A stretch of 33,628 nucleotides of DNA from a virus (Duplodnaviria; Caudoviricetes): the IMG/VR virus record IMGVR_UViG_3300047292_000106, positions 1-33,628 of that record, one strand, 5' to 3'. Positions 8,099 to 15,082 of the stretch are shown in pieces; the first letter of the stretch is position 1, and each line of letters opens with the position of its first letter. The notes beneath the pieces are model-generated. The model had not been told where the DNA came from. It worked only from the letters and a program-made list of their open reading frames with translations, and searched no databases. The position numbers and the translations under genes were made by a program.

Positions 8099-9282
8099 GT
8101 GGTCCCAATTGCCATAAATCTTGTACACTTATGGAGATTTAAATCTCCTAACCAGTGTACACTATTTAATCCGCAACCAGTTTCAAAGTCCGAAATATAC
8201 TTGTGGCAATTGACATGATCAGGTACATGAAACATATCGTTCCCTTGTAATACAATTTTTGCATTTGGTGGAAGTGTTTTGACCCATTCACCGTGATTCT
8301 CAAAATGTTCAACAATAGTATCAATGATTACTAATTTAGTGTACTTTTTAAAGTTAAACGTTCTAATGTCTTGTGCTGAATTAGTGTAGTTTGAATATAA
8401 CCCTTTATTCAATGTGATGGCTGCACCGTGTACGCTTGTATCAATATCTACGTTAATAACGTTTCCAAGATTCAGACCTATCATGTTAGATAAGAAAGGC
8501 AGTAAGCCTACCCAGCCGCCAACAATTACTGTTGTTACCCCTTGTTCGCCTAGGGCGACTTTCTTTTTGTATTCTGGAAAGTCCTTAATTTTATTAAGAA
8601 GCCATAATTTACTTTTTACCTGGTTACGGCTCAATGCATCGACCCAGTTCAATTCTGGACTAGCTTCCATTGCAACAACTAGATATTTGATATGGTTGCG
8701 ATAATCTGGGTAGTAGTGTTTGCCTATTACTTCAGCGAACAACTGATTAGATCCATTATGCACACACGATGCAAGTGTTTCGTATCCAAACAGCATTTCA
8801 AGCAACTTGAAAATTGACTTAAAGTCGTTTCTTGCATCAACAACATATTGATACATCATACCAAAACAGCTTAAAGGATTCATCCCTAATTGTTCATAGC
8901 CATAATCTACCCAATCGCGTATTGCCCAAATTAGGCCAGCAGTTTCTGACACATTGTAATTTGACAGCATTGATAATTTAGGTAAACTTGGAACCACATT
9001 TACTTTATCTGGATCAGCTGCCCAATCACGCGGCATATGAATCCCTTGTGTCACAGCCGTGAGCAATATTTCTTTTACCGCTTCTTCATGTGATCCATCT
9101 TTAATAAAGTTGAGAATAGGCCAAATGTCTAAGAAATTTTCGCGTGATATTTCAACTGCCAGTTGTTCAAGTTCATTATCACTGCCAGTTTCAAACCAAC
9201 GATGTAAATGGTGTATGCTTTTTCTAAATCCTACCGCTTCATCTAAGAATATTATGATAGAATTTCTAATATTACCGTTCAT
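8095..9282 (-). CDS. Two-domain protein: unknown helical N-terminus plus class I SAM-methyltransferase-like domain (395 aa)
   Basis: VIVGGWVGLL (motif I-like), NVDID (acidic end of strand 2), QDI, IIDTIVEH in the C-terminal half. Confidence 0.65.
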   Translation of the reverse strand: MNGNIRNSIIIFLDEAVGFRKSIHHLHRWFETGSDNELEQLAVEISRENFLDIWPILNFIKDGSHEEAVKEILLTAVTQGIHMPRDWAADPDKVNVVPSLPKLSMLSNYNVSETAGLIWAIRDWVDYGYEQLGMNPLSCFGMMYQYVVDARNDFKSIFKLLEMLFGYETLASCVHNGSNQLFAEVIGKHYYPDYRNHIKYLVVAMEASPELNWVDALSRNQVKSKLWLLNKIKDFPEYKKKVALGEQGVTTVIVGGWVGLLPFLSNMIGLNLGNVINVDIDTSVHGAAITLNKGLYSNYTNSAQDIRTFNFKKYTKLVIIDTIVEHFENHGEWVKTLPPNAKIVLQGNDMFHVPDHVNCHKYISDFETGCGLNSVHWLGDLNLHKCTRFMAIGTT

Positions 9283-10297
9283 TGAACCATCCGTATAAAC
9301 TTAAATTTGTGCGCCATTCAACATCTTCATATGTTAAAGGCTTGTCGGGGTGCAATTGTGTTTGCTTAATAAATGCACTTTGCTCTGCGTCAAAGTCTGG
9401 CAGTATCCAGCCTAATCCATCGCTAAGTTGTTTGCCTAAACTCTTACTAGCTTTAATCGGATCTGCATCTTTATGTTCGTTAAAGAATTTTTTAAACCAA
9501 TTGTAATCGCGAATGTTTACAAAGTCAAAGTTGTCATACTGTAATAGTTTGACAGCCAAGCGGGCACCGTACACACTCCAAATACCGTGCTCGATATCTT
9601 TACCTATAGTCATCCAGGTAAGCAATCGTTGATAGTTTGCGGCATGCATTTTACTTGGCCACTCGTCAAACGCTAACAAGCGACCTTGTTCCATTGAAAG
9701 TTTTACGCCTTCGCGGAATCCTACACGAAATGCTTGATAAGGGCTACCGTTTGTATGTACGTTGCTCCAGCATCCTGGTAGCTCTTTATAACGATTGAAG
9801 TCCCAGCAAAAGTCTACAGCGTCACGTTCTTCGTCGGCAAGTTCGTGGCTTTTCATGTTTGACAAGTGTTCGGTACTCCACATTTTCAACCCGCCGTTGC
9901 CATACATAAGACCGTTTGTGACTTGGCGGCCGCCCCAGGTAAAGCTAACTCTGCCGTCCATGTTAGGTGGAAGTTTTTGGTTAAAAAAGTTTGGATTAAC
10001 TTGGTTATCAGCATCTACTGTAATAACATAATCACTTGACGGGAATTCGCTTGATGCGGCTTTATGGCAAGCGTCAAACCCAACTACCCCATGTACTCGG
10101 GCAATACGTTTATGTGGAACAACTGCTTTTAATTTTTCCCAATGGTCATCTGCATTAGGCTCATCAAAACTTAAAAATACAACAGGAATATCTTTAATAG
10201 ATGTTGCTCTCGGTGGTGCGAATCCTTCAGATACTGATGTATAGGTTGATGCTGTGTTAAAGCTATTAACTTTTTTAACTTTATTGAACATTGACAT
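9272..10297 (-). CDS. GT-A fold glycosyltransferase-like protein, paralog 3 (start moved to ATG 10297)
   Basis: FLSFDEPNAD, VHGVVGFDACH, VDADN (DxD), NGLMYGNGGLK, AFRVGFREGVKL; GAGGAG SD 7 nt before ATG 10297. Confidence 0.75.
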   Translation of the reverse strand: MSMFNKVKKVNSFNTASTYTSVSEGFAPPRATSIKDIPVVFLSFDEPNADDHWEKLKAVVPHKRIARVHGVVGFDACHKAASSEFPSSDYVITVDADNQVNPNFFNQKLPPNMDGRVSFTWGGRQVTNGLMYGNGGLKMWSTEHLSNMKSHELADEERDAVDFCWDFNRYKELPGCWSNVHTNGSPYQAFRVGFREGVKLSMEQGRLLAFDEWPSKMHAANYQRLLTWMTIGKDIEHGIWSVYGARLAVKLLQYDNFDFVNIRDYNWFKKFFNEHKDADPIKASKSLGKQLSDGLGWILPDFDAEQSAFIKQTQLHPDKPLTYEDVEWRTNLSLYGWFNER

Positions 10298-11159
10298 TTT
10301 TAAACTCCTCACTTAGCCATTGCCAGTTATTAATCAAATTTAATTGATCTAAGTTATCAGAATATCTTAGACCAAATTTAGTGCCTGCACGAGCGCCAGC
10401 AATAGCGTACTTACCGTTAAGTTCAGACATCCCAATGGTGCACCATGCAATGCGGCGTTGGCTACACTGCTCAATTTCGTCCCAATATCTGTAAATGCTA
10501 GATTCATCTTTATATCTATCGTCAATTAAAACAGATTGCACTCTGTGAGCGACTGACATTTTCTCTGTGCCCCAATCGCTGTTTTCTTTGTTGTATGCTA
10601 ATAAGTGCTCTTGCTCGTACTCAGCATTACGCTTTGCTCTGCGAACTTTACTTTTAATAGTAGACAAAGATGCAAGTTTAGCACATTCTCTAAACGCACC
10701 AATCCAAGCCGATTCGGGAGTAGCATTAAATCGTGTTTCGCAACTTACTTGCTCCATTGATACTGTTGATCGGCCGATGGTTGTCGAGAGGTCAATGTCC
10801 CATTTGTGATCTTTTAAAAAAGGAGCCTGAGGAAACATTTTAATGCCACCATATCCATACTCTAGCCCATTAACTGGATTGCGGCTAGGCCAAACCAAAA
10901 CACATTCTGTTTCGGGAACTCCCCAGTGTAATGTTTTGGCATCTGGTTCCCAATGGAATTTAAATCCATTAAGTACCCACGCATCAGCATCAACTACATA
11001 AAAGTTTTTTGTTGTGCTTAACTGGGCACACGCACGATGTACTTCGTAAATGCCTTTTACGTTATCAACACGCTTTGCTGTAGGCGCAAGTTGAAGCAGG
11101 CGTTGCCAATTGGCCTCGCTGCCTTCTTCGCCCATTGAGATGAAAAAGATATCTAGCAT
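10281..11159 (-). CDS. GT-A fold glycosyltransferase-like protein, paralog 2 (292 aa)
   Basis: FFISMGEE, VKGIYEVH, VVDADA (DxD), NGLEYGYGGIK, AWIGAFRECAKL. Confidence 0.75.
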   Translation of the reverse strand: MLDIFFISMGEEGSEANWQRLLQLAPTAKRVDNVKGIYEVHRACAQLSTTKNFYVVDADAWVLNGFKFHWEPDAKTLHWGVPETECVLVWPSRNPVNGLEYGYGGIKMFPQAPFLKDHKWDIDLSTTIGRSTVSMEQVSCETRFNATPESAWIGAFRECAKLASLSTIKSKVRRAKRNAEYEQEHLLAYNKENSDWGTEKMSVAHRVQSVLIDDRYKDESSIYRYWDEIEQCSQRRIAWCTIGMSELNGKYAIAGARAGTKFGLRYSDNLDQLNLINNWQWLSEEFKNVNVQ

Positions 11160-12130
11160 TACTCAGCAATAAACTGTTCAACATCGCTTTCTTTGATGTG
11201 CGGTGCCAGACGATGTGGGTTAAAGAAACTTGCCTTAAAGAATCTGCTACCAGCTTCGTCGAGTTCAGCAATATCTAATTTTAGGTCTTGACGCAATAGT
11301 TTGCCTAACTTTACAGTTTCGGCCATAAGTGCTGTTTTACTCCACGAGTACTTTGACACTGGACATGTTTCTTCGTTACCAGCAAACATTGGCATTACTG
11401 TTTCGCTCCAGTACTGATTGTGCCATTCAAAGTCTGCTACCAATTTGTAGTCCCAGTCTTTGCGTAGGTTAGTCAAGTAGCAACCTAGTCGAGCACCGTA
11501 CATGGCCCACAGACCATTTTGAACGTCTTGGCCAGCACTCATCCAAACTAACAGTCTGCGATGATTCTTAAAGTTATTGCGGGAGGCAATCTGGCGCCAG
11601 TCCATTGGACGACCATCATGTAGTGCCAACTTAACACCTTCACGAAAGCCAGCACGATATGCTTGGTAAGGAGTGGCATTGTTGTACACATCAGAATAGA
11701 TGTTGTTTAACTGATGGTAATGAATATCCCAACAGAAGTCTACTGCGCCAGCGCCACCATCTACTGCTTCGTGTGTTCGCATTTGCTCTACAACTTTTTT
11801 GGGCCAAAGTTTAACACCACCATTGCCATACACGAGTCCATTGATAATGTTCTTACCCGACCAGCTTAGTACGTCACTGCGATCAAACTTAGTTAGATCA
11901 AGTTCCATTTCAAAGAAGTCTGGGCGGACTTTGTTATCAGCGTCAATTGTAATAAATCGTTCTGTTTCGGCAAGTTTTGCAGCCGCTTTATGGCAAGCAT
12001 CGCTACCATACACGCCATGACTACGTTTGGCCCAGGGGCATTTTTCTAGCAAGTCTGCATAATTCTCATCTGCATTTGGTTCATCGTAGCTGATAAACAC
12101 TACATCAAATTCTGTAATTGGGGTTTTCAC
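11159..12130 (-). CDS. GT-A fold glycosyltransferase-like protein, paralog 1 (323 aa, GTG start)
   Basis: FISYDEPNADEN, GVYGSDACH, IDADN (DxD), NGLVYGNGGVK, AYRAGFREGVKL; AGGAG SD; GTGA overlap. Confidence 0.78.
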   Translation of the reverse strand: MKTPITEFDVVFISYDEPNADENYADLLEKCPWAKRSHGVYGSDACHKAAAKLAETERFITIDADNKVRPDFFEMELDLTKFDRSDVLSWSGKNIINGLVYGNGGVKLWPKKVVEQMRTHEAVDGGAGAVDFCWDIHYHQLNNIYSDVYNNATPYQAYRAGFREGVKLALHDGRPMDWRQIASRNNFKNHRRLLVWMSAGQDVQNGLWAMYGARLGCYLTNLRKDWDYKLVADFEWHNQYWSETVMPMFAGNEETCPVSKYSWSKTALMAETVKLGKLLRQDLKLDIAELDEAGSRFFKASFFNPHRLAPHIKESDVEQFIAE

Positions 12131-13101
12131 TGGAGCACTCCTATATCTAAGTTGTTTGCTTTATATAACAAACTTGGGACCACATGGTCTGGCCAATTTG
12201 AAATCAATTCAAAAGGATGTTCTTGTCTTAGCATCAGTGCTGGTAATTCAGCCCATGATACAAAAAAGTCAGGGTCGGGTTGAGATAATACAGCAACTGA
12301 CAAATTACCAGTTACCTGATCAATTGCACAGCCTTTTGTGTAATGGCTTTGCACCCACAATGAGCCATCCTTTGAATACACGCTAAGATGCTTTCCAGGA
12401 CCTGTTCTGCTAAGAACTGTTTGTTCATCAATGATTTCTGAGAATTGCGAATGTTGTTGCGTTCTTACAAAGTTAAGTCCATCAGCAACCGGTTGCATGT
12501 TAATGCGTACTTCTTGACCATGGTATAATATTTTTTGTATGATGTCATGGTCCATAAACGCCCATAGACGTTTTTCCCAAAATCCTCGTTCAATTACTTC
12601 AGCCAAGTTAATAGAATCGTGCCCAAATAAGTTATGCGGGTCTTGAGCATCGCTTATAAAGAATGGAATACTGTCAGCTATTGTGTTTCTATCAAGTCCA
12701 TGCTTTACTCGCGTAGTCCAAGTGCGGTTGGCTTCAAATCTAATGTGACCTGTATCTACAAATAATGTAGCACGTAATGGTGCTGGTTCGTAAGTATCTG
12801 TTTCAGCAGAAGATAGCCATCCTCGATAGACCTGTCGCTTCTTGTATTCTGTAGGACGCCTAATGTCTACTAGGTCGAGTACACCTAAGTTTTCGTTAAG
12901 AGATACTCTGTAATCGTTCTGATTACTTTCGCCAGCTAGAATCTTCTTAACACGAGCGTAGTTAACTACAAGTAGTCCAGCTAATTGCTTATCGCCGGGT
13001 TCAATGGACTTTATTTTGCCTGAATGTTCGTCATAGGAAACTTGCCAAAATTCAGCTCGCTTCTTTTCTCGACGACGTACTTCAAACTTTAACTCTGACA
13101 T
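12127..13101 (-). CDS. Hypothetical protein with apparent internal domain duplication (324 aa)
   Basis: Coupled within the operon; IPFFISDAQDPHNLF resembles LSVAVLSQPDPDFFV. Confidence 0.7.
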   Translation of the reverse strand: MSELKFEVRRREKKRAEFWQVSYDEHSGKIKSIEPGDKQLAGLLVVNYARVKKILAGESNQNDYRVSLNENLGVLDLVDIRRPTEYKKRQVYRGWLSSAETDTYEPAPLRATLFVDTGHIRFEANRTWTTRVKHGLDRNTIADSIPFFISDAQDPHNLFGHDSINLAEVIERGFWEKRLWAFMDHDIIQKILYHGQEVRINMQPVADGLNFVRTQQHSQFSEIIDEQTVLSRTGPGKHLSVYSKDGSLWVQSHYTKGCAIDQVTGNLSVAVLSQPDPDFFVSWAELPALMLRQEHPFELISNWPDHVVPSLLYKANNLDIGVLQ

Positions 13102-13800
13102 TTACCAATATTCCAATGGCTTGGTACTGCCTGCTAACCAAACCGGACGTAGCTGTGCGTGGTTTTCTAGTTTAAAATTTCCATTGGCAGGATAAAAGGC
13201 AATCCAATCATGCCACATGTGACTTGCGTACATAACTGGAGCAAGCTCTAAGTCTCTCACACTTAAATCGACAATTTCAAACCAAGCAGGAGTTTCCCAT
13301 AATCCTGTTGCGGCTACTACGGCTAGCAAATGCTCAATGCGTACCTGATCAGGTTCCGGCACATAGTTTGGCCAGTATAGTGTTCTATCTAAATCTGGTA
13401 AGATCTCAAAACTCTTTTTAGCCAATTCTGGATTGCCAATGATCATTAAATAGGGCCATGCTGTGATATCGTTTTTCTCGATGGCGGCACGAGCATTTAT
13501 CTTATGCGGCTCAATAGGCACTCCACGATGATCTACTCCTGTTCCGGGCATGAGATTTATTTTTAACGCGGCTGCTGTTTCGGCAATTGACGTTGTTGTC
13601 TGTCGTGTACACGTACCAGCCAAACAAATAATGTCACCAGCTTTTAAGTCAAGAGTAGCAAGTTTCTTAATCTGACTATATGGATCTTTTTCAACATTGA
13701 CTACGTTAATTTCAACAGAAGCGTTGACAAACTTTGCATCCATTGATGTAATTTTAGCATGGTCATCGTAATCTGGTGGCGTAATAATGTGTAGGGTCAT
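13102..13800 (-). CDS. Degenerate nucleotide-diphospho-sugar transferase-like protein lacking DxD (232 aa)
   Basis: Roughly collinear with the neighbouring GT; GDIICLAGTC replaces DETILIDTDY. Confidence 0.4.
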   Translation of the reverse strand: MTLHIITPPDYDDHAKITSMDAKFVNASVEINVVNVEKDPYSQIKKLATLDLKAGDIICLAGTCTRQTTTSIAETAAALKINLMPGTGVDHRGVPIEPHKINARAAIEKNDITAWPYLMIIGNPELAKKSFEILPDLDRTLYWPNYVPEPDQVRIEHLLAVVAATGLWETPAWFEIVDLSVRDLELAPVMYASHMWHDWIAFYPANGNFKLENHAQLRPVWLAGSTKPLEYW

Positions 13801-14675
13801 GCTAGTTCTTCCATGATCTTTTCGTAGTTACGAAGTATGCTTTTCTTGTTCATCATATGAACGTCTTCGCCGCGAACTTCCACTACAATGTTTTTCCACT
13901 CTTCGGGCAAGTTGCTTAACATTACCCAATGGTTAGGACCCTTAACTTCTACAATGTCATCACGCTGATCTTGGTAGCGCATATAATTTGGAATCTCTCC
14001 AATGAAGCCGCCATCTTGCCAGCCGTTGCACATGTGTGCGGCAATACTGGCCGAGTAGTCAGTACGATATAATGTGCCAGGAAACTTGTACAAGAAGCGA
14101 TAGTACTCCCAGTTCTTTTTAACTGCGGTCCATACATTAAAGAAGTGTTCTGCTTCTTCGCTTTTGCGCCAGTATACTACAGTACTCCACCACATGCGAA
14201 TACCAGCATAGTGCAACCAGCGTTCTGTAGTATATGGTTCTTGCATTTGCAAGTTACGAGCGTCACGATACATTGCTACATCATACTGGCTACCAAATAA
14301 CTTTTCCAAATTGTTGTTGCCGCATAGATAGTCGGTGTCAATTAGAATAGTTTCGTCAAAGGGACTTAGATTGTAAATGTCATGCTTGTTAGTGTTTGTA
14401 AATTGTGCGTTGAAGCTGTGGTATGCGCCATCGTGATGGAGACGCATATTACGTTCGTATTCGGGATTGGTTAGGATAATGTCATCCCAAGCGGCATTCA
14501 TAATTGCTTGGCCATGTGTATTTTTACATTGCTCTAAACTTGCTTGATTTGTAACAAGCACTACTGGGATATCGGGCATGTACTTTTTACATGCATACGC
14601 CGCAACCAGGGCCAGCTGAGTATAGTCCAACTGTTCGTTGTTGTAAGCGAACATCATAAAGCCGCGGGTGCTCAT
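13797..14675 (-). CDS. Nucleotide-diphospho-sugar transferase (GT-A, GT8-like) (292 aa)
   Basis: RGFMMFAYNN..DYTQLA, YNLSPFDETILIDTDYL (DxD), WSTVVYWRKS, YRTDYS, HMMNK. Confidence 0.8.
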   Translation of the reverse strand: MSTRGFMMFAYNNEQLDYTQLALVAAYACKKYMPDIPVVLVTNQASLEQCKNTHGQAIMNAAWDDIILTNPEYERNMRLHHDGAYHSFNAQFTNTNKHDIYNLSPFDETILIDTDYLCGNNNLEKLFGSQYDVAMYRDARNLQMQEPYTTERWLHYAGIRMWWSTVVYWRKSEEAEHFFNVWTAVKKNWEYYRFLYKFPGTLYRTDYSASIAAHMCNGWQDGGFIGEIPNYMRYQDQRDDIVEVKGPNHWVMLSNLPEEWKNIVVEVRGEDVHMMNKKSILRNYEKIMEELA

Positions 14676-14676
14676 A

Positions 14677-15021
14677 TTACAACCCTACGATTTTAGCAGT
14701 ACTACGTGCTGACTTTAATTTTTGCAACTCTTGTTGCTTTAGTTCCATTGCTGAATCATAAGCTATTAAGAGTGCTGTTAAAAACTCGTTTGGGTTTTCG
14801 ATATGAATAACGTTTCCGCTATTATCTTCCACCAGGAGTTTATCGGAACGCATAACTCTTAATCCAACAAACGAAATAAGAGTTTGGGTTGAAGTAAAAA
14901 TTGCATTCTGATAGGAAACAATCAAAGCCGCATTTACTCGTGCTTCGATGTTTTGACGCTGAACTTGTAGCGTTAGTCTATAATTGGCAAAGGCCAATGC
15001 ATCATTTAGGCGTGTATCCAT
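14677..15021 (-). CDS. Small helical phage protein, possibly tail-fibre-assembly related (114 aa)
   Basis: First gene of the GT operon; EDNSGNVIHI and C-terminal helix LQKLKSARST; function not recognised with certainty. Confidence 0.65.
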   Translation of the reverse strand: MDTRLNDALAFANYRLTLQVQRQNIEARVNAALIVSYQNAIFTSTQTLISFVGLRVMRSDKLLVEDNSGNVIHIENPNEFLTALLIAYDSAMELKQQELQKLKSARSTAKIVGL

Positions 15022-15082
15022 TTGGTTCCAGAATTATTATGTACGTTGTTATTTACCAACGTACAAATCCTGGTTTAACCAA
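15022..15082 (-). promoter_or_regulatory. Long hairpin filling the whole intergenic region and masking the RBS of the 114-aa gene
   Basis: Minus-strand RNA UUGGUU-aaa-CCAGGAUU-UGUACGUUG-[GUAAAUAA]-CAACGUACA-uaau-AAUUCUGG-AACCAA then AUG: 23 pairs including one G-U. Confidence 0.8.
15050..15055 (-). promoter_or_regulatory. Putative late promoter TAAATA in the hairpin loop
   Basis: TTGGTAAATA, same 10-mer as at 31600-31609. Confidence 0.7.
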
